63,422 nucleotides of DNA, filler included, from Octopus bimaculoides (GCF_001194135.2; 6 parts of 6 records of this genome joined end to end with filler, not necessarily neighbours in it); one strand, 5' to 3'; positions 50,662 to 63,422 are shown, counted from the first letter of the whole stretch. Notes: generated by a model from the letters alone, not told the origin. A program made the numbers and translations.

Positions 50662-53600
50662 GTCATCATCATCATCGTCGTAGATTGGACGGTTTGACTG
50701 AGAACTGGCAAGCTGGGAGGCTGCACCAGGCTCAAATCTAATTTGGCAAGGTTTCTACAGCTGAATGCCTTTCCTAACGCCAACCACTCCGAGAGTGTAG
50801 TGGGTGCGTTTAATGTGCTACTGGCATGGAATCCAGTCGAGCAGCATGGGTGCTAGTCAGGCAGCACTGACATTGCCCACACTTGAATCGTGCTTTTTAC
50901 ATGCTAGTCAGGCGACACTGGCATCAGCCATGCTCGAATGGTGCTTTTTACATGCCACCAACTCAGGAGCCAGTCTGGTGGCACTGACATCAGCCATGCT
51001 TGAACGGTGCTTTTTATGTGCCACGAGCATGGGTGCCAGTCTGGCAGCACTGGCATCGACCCCACTTGAATGGTGTTTTTTATGTGCTACAACATTGATT
51101 TCACTCGGTTCAACAGGCACGCCATGTCACCCTGTGATTGAAGGGTGCTTTTAAATGGGCCAGTTATGTGACACTGGCACCCCACGACTATGACCTCACT
51201 TGGCTTGATGAGTCTTCTCAAGCACGGCATATCTCCAAAGATTTTCCTCACTTGTGAGGGCCAAAGTTTGCAGGTTGTGCTTCACCACCTTGTCCCATGT
51301 CTTCCTGGATCTACCTTTTCCACAGATTCCCTCCACTGTTAGAGTATGACACTTCTTCACACAGCTGTCCTCGTCCATATGCATTACATGACCATATCAG
51401 CACAGTCATCTCTCTTGCACACCATATCTGATGCTTCTTATGTCCAACTTTTCTCTCAGGGCGCTTACAATCTGTCATGTATGACACTACACATCCAGCA
51501 GAGCATACTAGCTTCATTTCTTTCAAACTTACACATGCCCTCAACAGTTTCACTGTTATGTCCTCAGCCCATATTTCACTGCTGTGTAGCATGGCTGTTC
51601 ACACACATAGATTATACAATCTACCTTTCACTCTCCCCTCAGCAGTCACAGCCCATGTTTCACTGCCGTCTAGCATGGCTATTCACACATATGCATCATA
51701 TAGTCTACCTTTCACTCTGAGCAAGAAGCCTTTTGTTACCAGCAGAGGTAGGAGCTCTCTGAACTTTGCCCAGCCTATTCTTATTCTGGCAGGTACACTC
51801 TCAGAGCGTCCACACCCGCTACTGACTTGGTCACCTAGGTAACGGATGCTATCAACTACTTTTTCTCTGGCATGTGATGGAATCTGTTTTCTGTACATCC
51901 TTGGTGGTTATTGCCCCTGTGCATCTGCCACATACAAAAACTATCTTCCCAGTTAACCTTCCTTTGATATTGCTGCACCTCTCATGTGTCCGTAGCTTAC
52001 ACCAGCTACATCTTATGGAGTTTCTACTTATACCTTTCCTGCAGATTAAGCAGAGCCATCTACCTGAAGAGGTTTGTCTGATTTCCTACTTACTAAGATT
52101 TTGGTTTTTGCTAGATTGACTCTAAGGCCCTTCAATTCTAGACCTTGCTTCCACACCTAGAACATCTGCTCTAGTTCTGGTAGTGCCTCAGCTATTAGAG
52201 CAAGTTCATCATCATAGAGGAGCTCGCAGGAGCAGCCTGTCTTGAATTCTTGTTATTGCCTTGAGGACTACGATAAATAAGAGGGAACTGAGGACTTATC
52301 GTTAGTGAACTCCTACTTCTACCCGGAATTCTTCACTATACTCATTGCTGACCCTCATCTTACTGACAGCATCTCTGTACATGGCTTGAACAGCTCTCAC
52401 CAACTACTCATCTATCCCTAGCTTCCACATTCACTACCAAATAAAGGATCGGGGACCCTGTCAAAGGCTTTCTCCATGTCAACGAAAGCCAAGTACAGAG
52501 ATTTATCTTTGGCTAGGAATTTCTCCTGCCACTGTCCTACTAGAAATATAGCATCAGTGGTGCTTCTCCCTGGATTAAACTCAAACTGCATCTCATCTAA
52601 ACTAACTCTCTTGCTAATTAATTGGGCTAAGACACTCTCCATAACTTTCATCACCTGATCCAACTATTTGATACCTCTGTAATTATTTGTAACTTGTTAT
52701 ATTGCTCTAATTCAGTTCTGAATAGGTGTTAAACTGAGTTTGGTGACTTTTGCCTTGTTTAGTAAATGTATTTGTATTTTTTTTAATTTGTACAAATAAT
52801 AGTTCTAATATTACTCCTTTGTGTATCACCTGGTTAGGAGTAATATTCAATGACTGGTGTAGCAGCACCATAGTCAACTGCTACAAAGGAAAAGGTGATA
52901 CATTAGTTATGTTATGTTTTAATAGAGATTTATCCATGTGAAAACTCGCCCAACCCATCTAACTCGTCCAGCAAGTCCAGCAATAATAGAGTGAACATGT
53001 GAGCAATATATACTCAAAAATACACGCTGATTAAAGCAGAACCCAAAAATCCACATGCAAAACAAAACAGTATGCAAATTAGAACTATTATTTGTACAAA
53101 TTAAAAAAAATACCCTTAACTGCTTTATCTACCAAGGTACTGTCAATTTGAATAGCTGGTCCCTCTGTTGGGTCAACATTTGACAGACTCTCTTTTTCCC
53201 ATTCATTCTCTTCATTTAGCAACCTTTCATAGTGGTGTCTCCAAGTCTCTCTCTTTGCAGCATAATTAAATGCAAGTGAGCTGTCATCCATGCAGACATA
53301 TTTCTTTCCTATGCCATTGCAATTTTCTCTCACATACTGTCTTGCAATACGAAACACTTCATGTCTCTGGTCCTCACGATGCAGAACAATGGCAAGTTTT
53401 TTCTTATCTGCTTCCCCTCTGGCTAAATAAACCTGTCTCCTAGCTTCCCTTCTGGCAATCTGATACAATTCCCTCCTGCCACCTCACTTCCAGTCCTTCC
53501 ATGCCTGTTTCTTTTTCCTAATAGCCCTGTCAACTATATTGTTCCACTACGACATTACCTTAGGTGGAGAGGGGACTTTGCACCATCTGCAGATCTGTTC

Positions 53601-54900
53601 AATAGCCCTCCACAGGTTGTACAGTAGGAACCTCCAGTTGTCCTCCACATTATGTGATGCTATATCTTCCTCTGTTTTGTCAAAAGTTTTAAGTAATACG
53701 TCTCTAAATCTCTGTCCATTGAGAGGATCCTTAAGCTTCCAGACCCTTCTTTTCCATGCTGGTCATCTTCTGGGCAGCCATTTAGTCCTGATCTTGAAGT
53801 TGCTAACTATGAATCTATGTTATGGAGTGCATCCTTCACCTGGGAAAGTTTTGACATTTGTAAGTAGCCGTCTTGCCCTTTTCCTGGCGAGAATGTAGTC
53901 TCTGACTTGTGTTCCAACCAGACTAGTAGGTGAATAGGTGACTGGCAGGTTTCCTTACGTTAGTATTACAGTTCATAAGATCATTTGCATCACAGAACTC
54001 CAGCAGCCTGGTTCCCTCCTCATTGCAGGAGCCAAATCCTTTGCCACCATATACACCATGGAAACTCCTTGGATGTTGTCCAACATAACAGTTGAAGCAG
54101 CCAGCCACCAAGAGAAGGTCCCTGTCATTCATTGATGAGGTAATCTGTAAGAGGGTGTCATAAAATCGGTCTTTTTGCTCATCAGGTAGCCTTGGCTGAG
54201 GGGCATAGGCTGAGATAACGGTTGCTAATCCATGTTGCAACACTAGTCTAAGCTTAAGTATTCTATCACAGACTCTGACTATCTTGGTTACCTTATCAAC
54301 TCATTTCTTCGTAAGGAGTATACCCATGCCCCCAACCCCATCAGTGTTCCCTACCCAGAAAATCTTATACCTATGTTCTTTCCCTGTGAAGAACCTAGCA
54401 GGATTTCCTCTCCATCTTACTTCTTGGATGCAGCACAAATCTACATGTTGCCGTTCAAGCATCTCAACAATCTCTCCAGACCTACCTTTCAATGTACCAG
54501 CATTAAATGTACCAACTCTGAGGGTGTGGAAGGTGTGGGCTGGTGAGACCTGGGATGGGGAGCAGTCACATTATGCATCTAAAAAGAAAGCTTGCATTTG
54601 GCATATCTTGTAAACATACAAATAGCTTTCAACCTGCATACACTACACCATCATTCTATTCACTACATAATCACTACTTTCAACAGGTGGTAGATACTAG
54701 ATATGGATGGAGGGGAAGGGAAGGGGAAGCGTTCTGTATAGTAAACTGTTAGAGGTGCTCAGGAGAAAGACATCTGGTAGAGGTTAGAGGATAAAGACTT
54801 CCGGTATTGGTGGTGGGGTAGGATGAGCAGGTGCACCACAAACAGCAAAGCACTATGTCAGCCCTATTCCCTAGCAGAAGCCAATGTGGCAAAGCCACAG
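50662..54900 (-). mobile_element. Near full-length decayed RTE family 2 LINE (APE + RT), internally rearranged
   Basis: LRVGTFNAGTLKGRSGEIVEMLER..VDLCCIQEVRWRG, ISAYAPQ, AFVDMEKAFD, LYDDELAL, DSIRYLGD, RIGWAKFRELLPLL. (GAT)n tail at 50662-50680. The 5' boundary is approximate. Confidence 0.92.
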
Positions 54901-55494
54901 ATAAAGCTAGCTACTAATTAACAATCAACATGGGAAAAACAAGTGTTTAATGAAACAGAGAGGGAGAGCAGTAAAAATTTTCCAGAATTAGGGCCGGTTG
55001 AAAACAAAGCATGAAGAGATGGAATTTTTTATTTAGAGCAAGAGTAAACAGAATTGAACATTTTCTTTCTTAACGTTAACTATAGCTATGACTATAACCT
55101 ACAGTGTGTAGGTTATAGTACAGTAAGCCAAACTTTGTGACAAAAAAAAAAATAAATGAATGAATAACAATAACAATAACAATAATAATAATTATAATGA
55201 GCGTTAAGGTGAGATAGAATTGAATTGAATTGAATTGAACATAGGGTTTTCTTAAGTTTACTATAACATACAGCATGGAATAAATGAAGCTGTGTGGGTA
55301 CATAGATAAATTAATGAATAATAATAGTAATTATGATTTGCACTGTGAAATTAGGTTTCGATGTGTTAGGTTGGAAACAAGAGTTGCTTATCTGAACATT
55401 TTCTCTTTTTCTGACTTCCACTTCATGAGTCTAACTTGTAAATATGGGGTAGAGAATCTGAAGGGAGCTAATTTATATAGGGGGGGGGGGGATG

Positions 55495-57192
55495 GAAGCT
55501 AAGGATAGATGACTGGTTTGTGAGAGTTGTTCAAGCNNNNNNNNNNGAAGCTAAGGATAGATGACTGGTTTGTGAGAGTTGTTCAAGCCATGTACAGGGA
55601 TGCTGTCAGTAAGGTGAGGGTTGGCAATGAATAAAGTGAAGAATTCCAGGTAGAAGTAGGGGCTCACTAAGGATCAGTCCTCATCTCCTTCTTATTCATC
55701 ATAGTCCTCCAGGCAATAACAGAGAAATTCAAGACAGGCTGCCCCTGGGAGCTCCTCAATGCTGATGACCATTCTCTAATAGCTGAGTCACTACCAAAAC
55801 TAGAGAAGATGTTCCAGGTGTAGAAGCAAGGTCTTGAATCGAAGGGCCTTAGAGTCAGTCTAACAAAAACCAAAGTCTTAGTAAGTAGGAAGGCAAACAA
55901 ATCACAAATCCCTTCAGGTAGATAGTCCTGCTCGATCTGTAGAAAAGGTATAGGTAGAAACTCCTTAAGATGTAGCTGGTGTAAGCTATGGACACATAAA
56001 AGGTACAGCAATATCAAAGGAAGGTTAACTGGGAAGATAGTTTTTGTATGTGGCAGATGCACAGGGGCAATAACCACCAAGGATGTACAGAAGACAGCTT
56101 CTGTCACATGCCATGGGGAAAAAACTAGTACTAGTTGATAGCTTCCGTTACCTAAGTGACCAAGTCAGTAGTGGTGGTGGATGCTCTGAGAATGTAGCTG
56201 ATAGAATAGGCTGGACAAAGTTCAGAGAGCTCCTACCTCTGCTGGTAACAAAAGGCCTTTTGCTCAGAGTGAAAGGTAGACTGTGTGTGAACAGCCATGC
56301 TAGATGGCAGTGAAACATGGGCTGTAACTGCCGAGGACATGCATAGGATTGAAAGAAATGAAGCTAGTAATTCTCCACTGGATGTGTAGTGTTAGTGTGC
56401 ATAAACAACAGAGTGTAAGCTCCTTGAGAGGAATATTGGACATATGAAAGAATCAGATGTGATGTGAAAGAGAGATGACTGCACAGGTATGGTCATGTGT
56501 TGCATATGGATGAGGACAGCTGTGTGAAGAAGTGTTACACCCTAACAGTGGAAGGAACCTGTGGAAGGAACCTGTGGAAGGAACCAGTGGAAGACGTGGG
56601 ATGAGGTGGTGATGCATGACCTTTGAATGTTGGGCCTCACAGAGACAATGACAAGCGACTGAGACCTTTGGAGATATGCTGTGATTGAGAAGGCCCATCA
56701 AGTCAAGTGAGATTGTAGCCATGGCCGATGCCAGTGTTGCATAACCGGCCCATTTAAAAGTGCCCTTCAATCATTGGGCAATATGCTGTGCTTGAGAAGA
56801 GCTGTTGAGTCAAGCAAAATCATAGTCACGGCCGATGCCAGTGCTGCTTGACTGGCACCCATGCCTGTGGTACATAGAAAGCACCATTTGAGTGTGATCG
56901 ATGCCAGTGTCACCTGACTGGCTCCTGTGCTGGTGGCACGTAAAACACACCATTCAAGTGTGGTCGATGCCAGTGTCACCTGACTGGCCCTCATGCAGTT
57001 GGCATGTAAAAATCACCCACTACACTCTCAGAGTGGTTGGTGTTGGGAAGGGCATCCAGCTGTAGAAACCTTGCCAGATCAGATTGGAGCCTGATGCAAC
57101 CTCCTGGCTTGCCAGTCCTCTTTCAAACTGTCCTGCCCATGCCAGCATGGAAAGCGGACGTTAAATGATGATGATGATGATGATGATGATGA
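55495..57192 (+). mobile_element. 5'-truncated RTE family 2 copy, divergent to the 50662-54900 copy
   Basis: DDWFVRVVQAMY...LNADDH...DSFRYLSD...GWTKFRELLPLL, 3' UTR with 66-bp repeats and a (GAT)n tail. The first 42 bp are repeated across a 10-N gap. Confidence 0.92.
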
Positions 57193-57250
57193 TACTGTAT
57201 AAATTACTTTAATAATAAAAAAATGTGTTAATGTATTATTCTCCTTATTC

Positions 57251-57285
<35 letters not shown>

Positions 57286-57733
57286 GCCATTCCACTACCT
57301 GTGTTTTAACTAAGGAACCTCTAAGTTATTGCTCGGTGGTTTAGAAAAAGCAGCCAAACCTTCTTGAAACCACACCCTACCATCTGAAGTAAATAAGCAT
57401 GTAGACATTGCATATTACTGTCACTGTGTCTGAATTGAACACAGGCCTGTTCACAACTGGAATAACTTTTGTCACATGTTTATTCTGTGATCGATTAGGG
57501 TTAACCTGAAAAATGTGGGTGGCTAAGCAACAACTACATTTATATCTATCAGTTAATTGGGGTGTAATTGTTAAAAGAATTTCCTAAGGTGTTTAATGGT
57601 GTTTATTTTGTGACATTTTGTGTTTGCATTACATATATAAAACATGAAGATAAATAAATGGGTGTAAAACTAAAACTGAAGGATAAAGAGCTAATGGAAC
57701 AGACAATAAAGAAGAGATATGCATGTGTATGTA

Positions 57734-57786
<53 letters not shown>

Positions 57787-57906
57787 NNNNNNNNNNNNNN
57801 NNNNNNNNNNNNNNNNNNNNNNNNNNNNNNTTAATTAATTAANNNNNNNNNNNNNNNNNNNNNNNNNNNNNNNNNNNNNNNNNNNNATATATATATATGA
57901 AAATAA

Positions 57907-57942
<36 letters not shown>

Positions 57943-58044
57943 ATAAGTATATAAAGTATATAAACAGAATTTGGCCAAAAGAAATATTCGTATTTGATTG
58001 TTGAATGTGGAAGATCAGTCCCCAGATCCAAAACTTGTACATTA

Positions 58045-58335
58045 TGTCTCCTATTCCTTACAAGGAATACTACAAATACCTAGGTATTGATGAAAGCATA
58101 TCACGCGAAGGTTTTGTGAATAGATAGTGACCCGAGAATATATACCAGACTTAGAAAAAAATATGCCAGTCGTAATTCTCCTCTTGCAAAACAATGTCCC
58201 ATGAAGCATTTGCATTCCAGCATTCGGGATTAGGCTTCTCAAAACAGAAAAGATAAAGCTGGTTCAAAGACTACAGATCCAATCAATCACTGGAACTGCA
58301 AAAATTTGTAAAACTTTCCAGACGTTTATCATTTA
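58045..58335 (+). mobile_element. Internally deleted R4/NeSL-like (RLE) non-LTR remnant
   Basis: YKEYYKYLGIDE (post-RT YLG motif) joined within about 150 bp to the C-terminal LQIQSITGTAKICKTF. Confidence 0.5.
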
Positions 58336-59742
58336 AGTATATATACGCAAGTCTAGATATGTAACTATATGAATGGGAATACATACATAAACAAAACATA
58401 CAAATCTGCACTTATACATTCATGCACGCATGCGTACATACATACATACATACATACATACATACATACATACATGGTGGTGGTGGTGGTGGTGGTGGTG
58501 GTCGTGGTCGTCGTCGTCGTCGTCGTGGCGGCGGCGGCCGTCGTCGTTGTCAACATCTTCGAAGCAGTAGTCGTGGTGGTAGTGAAGATGATTATGATAG
58601 TGATAGTGATGACGACGACGGCATTGATGACGATAATAATAATGATGATGATGATGATAAGGAGAAATTGGAGGAGAAGGCGATCCATACAAAAGAAACA
58701 AAAGAGGCGTCAAAAATGTTTTGTTTGGTGTTAAACGTTTTTTCATTATTTATTTTTTTCCGTTACATGATACATCAAAACAAAAACTTGTTTGGCTTTT
58801 TTATTGTTGTTTTGTGTCAGGAAAACAACATAAAAGAAGTTTGTGTATTATATTCAATATCAGTATTTCAAAACAACTTTTAATATTTAATCATCATTAT
58901 TGTAGCCAATCAGAATCGGCTAATTTCGGTCTGTAAATTGAGTTACCAAAATAGGTTAGATGCAGCATAAAATGTAATACAATTTAAAGAATACAATTTT
59001 TTTTTTTTTTCAGGCTTTGAAATTCTAATTCGGAGACTAGAAAGAGCATTATAGGATTCTAGATGAGAGATTAGATGGTAATTTAAGTGGTAGGTCAAGT
59101 TTTGAATTTATGGTACATTAGGAGAGATGTGGAAGAGATAGGAGTGATAGATGTTATATTACGTAAGGCGCGAGATGTTGGAAGAAGAAGAAGAAGAAGA
59201 AGAAGAAGAAGAAGAAGAAGAAGAAGAAGAAGAAGAAGAAGAAGAAGAGGGGGAGGCAGACGGTGGAGGGAACAAAAAGAGGAACAGGCAGACAAGCATA
59301 AAATTGAAGGGAGAGAGAAGCGGGTGAATGAGAAGTAAGTTAATTGTATGCATGCATACATATGGACATATTAAGCATGCACATATGCATGCATATATAT
59401 ATATACATACGCACACACACATACATATATATATGCATATGTGTATGCTTAATATGTCTATATGTATGCATGCACACAATTAACTTACTTCTCATTCACC
59501 CGCTTCTCTCTCTTTGTCTCCTTCAATTTTATGTATATATATATGTATATATATTATATTATATTATATGCATGAGAAAAGGAGATAAACGGAGACTAAT
59601 TAGGTTAACTGCATGCATGTATACATATATACTAATGCTTGTATACATATATGTATATTAAGCAAACGCTTATGCATATACAAATACATACACATACACT
59701 CACATACACACATATACACACATATACACACACGCGCACGCG

Positions 59743-59774
<32 letters not shown>

Positions 59775-59959
59775 TTTGATCCTTTATATTGAACACTCAA
59801 TATTTCATCTACATTCAATACTTTATTTCATGGTGCCATCCATTTTTATTTTATTTTATNNNNNNNNNNNNNNNNNNNNNNNNNNNNNNNNNNNNNNNNN
59901 NNNTTAATTAATTAANNNNNNNNNNNNNNNNNNNNNNNNNNNNNNNNNNNNNNNNNNNN

Positions 59960-60344
59960 TTTCATTTCTATTTCCTTGGTAAAGCCGTGTACTGTCTGTA
60001 GTAGTGTTTCTAGCTCTTTGTCGTTTTTTGCATATAATTTTAGGTCATCCATATATAGAAGGTGGCTGACTGTTTTTCCATAGCATTTGTAACCGCATCC
60101 AGTTCTATTTAGCAATTCTGTTAGAGGTGTGAGTGCCAGGCAGAACAGGAGTGGAGAGAGCGTGTCTCCCTGGAATATTCCTCTTCTAATGGGGATGGCT
60201 TTCGTTTTCACAAGTCCCTCTTTTGTTTGGAGCTGTAGCACTGTCTGCCATATGTTCATTGAGTGCTCTATGTATTTTATGATAATTGGTGCCACCTTGT
60301 TTATGGCTAGTGTCTAGTGTTTCCAGAATACATGTGTGGGGAAC

Positions 60345-60345
<1 letters not shown>
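59960..60345 (-). mobile_element. R4/Dong-type RT core fragment
   Basis: IRRGIFQGDTLSPLLFCLALTPL...SHLLYMDDLKLYAK; open into the gap. The 5' end abuts (TAA)n at about 60346-60428. Confidence 0.9.
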
Positions 60346-60427
<82 letters not shown>

Positions 60428-60544
60428 TTTCTACTTTTTCGGACAAAACCTTTTGTAACCTTCGTCCTGTCTTTGTCGTTACATGTTTTTGATTGATATT
60501 AGCCCTTGTGGCCAATAAAACGAATTAATTATTATTATTATTAA

Positions 60545-61925
60545 TATTAATATTATTGCCTTTGTACAGCTTCTAACGCTGGAGACGTACTACTGTTCAC
60601 TACCAGTGAACTAAGATAACACCCCTTATATTCCGAGCACCATCCGGAGTATTCGAGCGGTTCCAAGCAGTGCTGTTCTCTGCAAGTGTTCCACCCTTAT
60701 TGCAGCCCCCTATTTGTTCCACGTACTTCTCAAGATTTTTACTCACTGTTCCCAGGGCTCCGACAATTATTGGTATGACCACATTTTTCATCGACCACAA
60801 CTGCTTAACCTCCCATACTAACCTGTCATATCTCTCAACTTTTCATTCTTCCTTATCGCATACCTTGTTGTCAGCTGAGTATGCTATATCTATGATCCAG
60901 CATCGTTTGCTTTCTTATTCAATTAAGTCTGTCTGGTTTCCTATTCTCTATCTCATAGTCGCACGGAATCATAAAATCCCATATGATCTTTGCATTATCA
61001 TTTTCAATGATGCCTTCGGGTTTATGTTCGTACCACTTTATGCTTTGTCAAGTCCATACTAGTTGCAAAGTGTCCAATGGAGAATCCTTGCTAAATTGTC
61101 ATGACGTCTCTTATATTCTTTCTGGGCTAGTGGCGTACATTGACTGGTAATATGCCATACGGTTTCACCAATTTGTCCACAAGTTCTGCACTTATCACTT
61201 TCTTATGTGTTGTCTATTCTGTATTTGAAGTAATTGGTTCTTAATGCTTGCTCTTGGGCAGCACAGATTAGAACCTCCATTTTCGCTTTTAAATCACTTT
61301 TAGTCATCCATAGCCATCTTTTTTCTCTATCTCTCTTTTCTTCAACATCCCTATGAAATTGCCTATGCATTCTTTTCTTTATACACGTATTTCCAGTTTC
61401 ATTCATTCTCAAGTGCTTGTACAATGCTTTATTTTTGCAATCTTCCTTCCTATACATGCTTGACCTTATTTCCAATAATAGCGGTTCTGTGGCATTTTTT
61501 TACATAGCATGCTATGTTGTTTTCTTCTGCTCTAATGCGGTGTTCGCATCCAATCAGTCCTCTTCTTCCTCTTTTTCTTGCTACATACAGTCTGTCTGTG
61601 TTACTTTTTGGGTGGAATATCCCATACCTAGTCAACAACTTCCTTGTCTTTCTGTTTAAGCTGTTTAGTTCGACTACACTCCATGCAATTACCCTGCTCC
61701 ATATCTAAGTAGTGAAACCACCCAGGTGTTGATAGCTTCAATCTGATTCCGTCCGTTTAATTTCGACTTAAGCATCAGTTTCAGTCTGCGCAAGTACTCC
61801 ACCCTAAATTTTTCTGTCATTTCTTTCTCCATCAATTCCCTAACTGAAATGACTAGTTCTGCCTATTTTGGATAGACTGCTGTCTGTTTCAGTTCTTGCA
61901 ACCATTCAGCATCCTTCTTGTGCTC
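60545..61925 (-). mobile_element. R4/Dong-type element 3' half (CCHC knuckle + PD-(D/E)xK RLE), decayed
   Basis: DRLYVARKRGRRGLI, CAAQEQALRTN, CRTC...ETVWHITSQC, RRHDNLARILHW, KPDLI, PIIVGALG. (TAA)-like tail near 60530. Confidence 0.9.
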
Positions 61926-62161
61926 CTTATCTTTGCTCAAGATGTCGATCCAAATAATATTAATATTAATATTAATATTAATATTAATAACCTTTGACTT
62001 TCAATGTTATCTGGTATCAACTTTTCATCTGTACACTCTCTATTTATTTCTTTGTATAATANNNNNNNNNNNNNNNNNNNNNNNNNNNNNNNNNNNNNNN
62101 NNNNNTTAATTAATTAANNNNNNNNNNNNNNNNNNNNNNNNNNNNNNNNNNNNNNNNNNNN

Positions 62162-62198
62162 TCTTTAACCCGGGCAACGCCGGGTATTTCTGCTAGTA
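62162..62198 (-). mobile_element. Helitron/Helentron-like terminus
   Basis: Minus strand tACTAGcagaaatACCCGGcgttgcCCGGGT: CTAG plus a short GC hairpin typical of HINE/Lep1-like ends. The rest is hidden in the gap. Confidence 0.5.
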
Positions 62199-62326
62199 TA
62201 TATATATAATATATATATAAATAAATAAATATATATATATAAATAAATATATACATAAATATATATATATATAAATGAATATGTATACAAATAAATATAT
62301 ATATGAATATATATATAAATATATAA

Positions 62327-62375
<49 letters not shown>

Positions 62376-62935
62376 AATATATATATATATATAAATATAT
62401 ACATAAATATATATATATATATAAATATATACATAAATATATATATATATATATATATAAATATATACATAAATATATATATATATATAAATATATACAT
62501 AAATATATATATATATATAAATATATACATAAATATATATATATATATAAATATATACATAAATATATATATAAATATATACATAAATATATATATAAAT
62601 ATATACATAAATATAAATAAATACATATATAAATATAAATAAATATATAAATATAAATAAATATATATATAAATATATACATATATAAATATATATATAA
62701 ATATATACATATATAAATATAAATAAATATATATATAAATATATATAAATAAATATATATATATAAATAAATATATATATATAAATAAATATATATATAA
62801 ATACAAATAAATATATACATAAATGTAAAGAAATATAAATAAATATAAATATATATATATAAATAAATATATATATAACTATATATATATAAATATATAT
62901 AAGTATATATATATATATAAATAAATATATATACA
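62199..62935. repeat. AT-rich compound micro/minisatellite (atatatacataaatatat... units)
   Basis: Directly visible tandem units of about 24-30 bp in the central part. Confidence 0.9.
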
Positions 62936-62939
62936 CAAA

Positions 62940-63422
62940 AATGTCAGATGGCCCGAGGGCCTTTCTCTCCCAAGAATGACGCGATACGAACAAGGGCAGG
63001 TGAATTCCCTCCTGATCCTTGCCAACACTTTGTACATGGAACAAGTGGTACTCCAGCCAAACAGGGCAGGGAACATACTGGAACTCTGCTTCAAAAATAA
63101 TATGGATCTCATCCATAATGTGAAAGTGACACCGACGCTACTCTTGGATCACAACATGGTAGAGCTGACCATGTACGGACCAAAGGAAGCCATGGACATG
63201 AAGCCTACAAGAAACTCTCAGAATCTTTCCAATTTGAACTTCAATAAGGCAAACTGGAAACAGATTGAGAAAGAGATCCTCAAACAAAACTGGCCTAAAT
63301 GTCTCTCCTCACCGGACGTCAACATGAAACTTAAACAATTCATGTCTGTAATGCAAGCTATATGCTACAAACGTGTCCCGGAGAGAAAGGCCACTGTACA
63401 CAAGAACAAAATCCCCAGGGAG
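62940..63422 (+). mobile_element. CR1/L2-type LINE ORF2 (end of APE domain), open frame running off the window
   Basis: 161 codons without a stop: [19 protein letters not shown]...LLDHNMV...LNFNKANWKQI, matching PTR..N.LDL, SDH and F.KANW motifs. Confidence 0.8.

Noticed and set aside
50800-51110. CRISPR-like array
   Set aside because: The units are contiguous ~66-bp degenerate repeats without unique spacers, inside a LINE 3' UTR in a eukaryote with no cas genes.
55495-55588. 42-bp direct repeat across a 10-N gap
   Set aside because: Unmerged contig overlap, not a TSD or tandem duplication.

Overview
AT-rich animal genomic DNA with many N gaps and microsatellites. The repeat complement suggests a coleoid cephalopod, probably an Octopus draft assembly; this is inferred, not searched. 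There are no prokaryotic features, rRNA or CRISPR arrays. Host genes: three well-supported minus-strand coding exons of Par-3/PARD3 (second half of PDZ3, a linker exon, and the aPKC-binding CR3 exon [15 protein letters not shown]), plus a candidate 45-nt cassette exon. An intronless FBXW5 C-terminal ORF (probable retrocopy) lies just downstream on the same strand, and isolated plus-strand exon candidates of an unidentified gene lie upstream. The rest is mostly mobile DNA: two Penelope-like elements (RT + GIY-YIG), each with an inverted 5' junction; several RTE LINEs; R4/Dong-type RLE elements beside (TAA)n tracts; a CR1/L2-type fragment with an open frame; four tRNA-like SINE families; MITEs; a maT/Tc1 remnant; and a Helitron-like terminus. 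The most notable unexplained structure is a set of degenerate hammerhead-ribozyme-like motifs and repeated fold-back (template-switch) palindromes, several tied to Penelope ends. I cannot support a claim of a wholly new biological system. The best leads are the hammerhead/fold-back set, the FBXW5 copy and the antisense exon(s).
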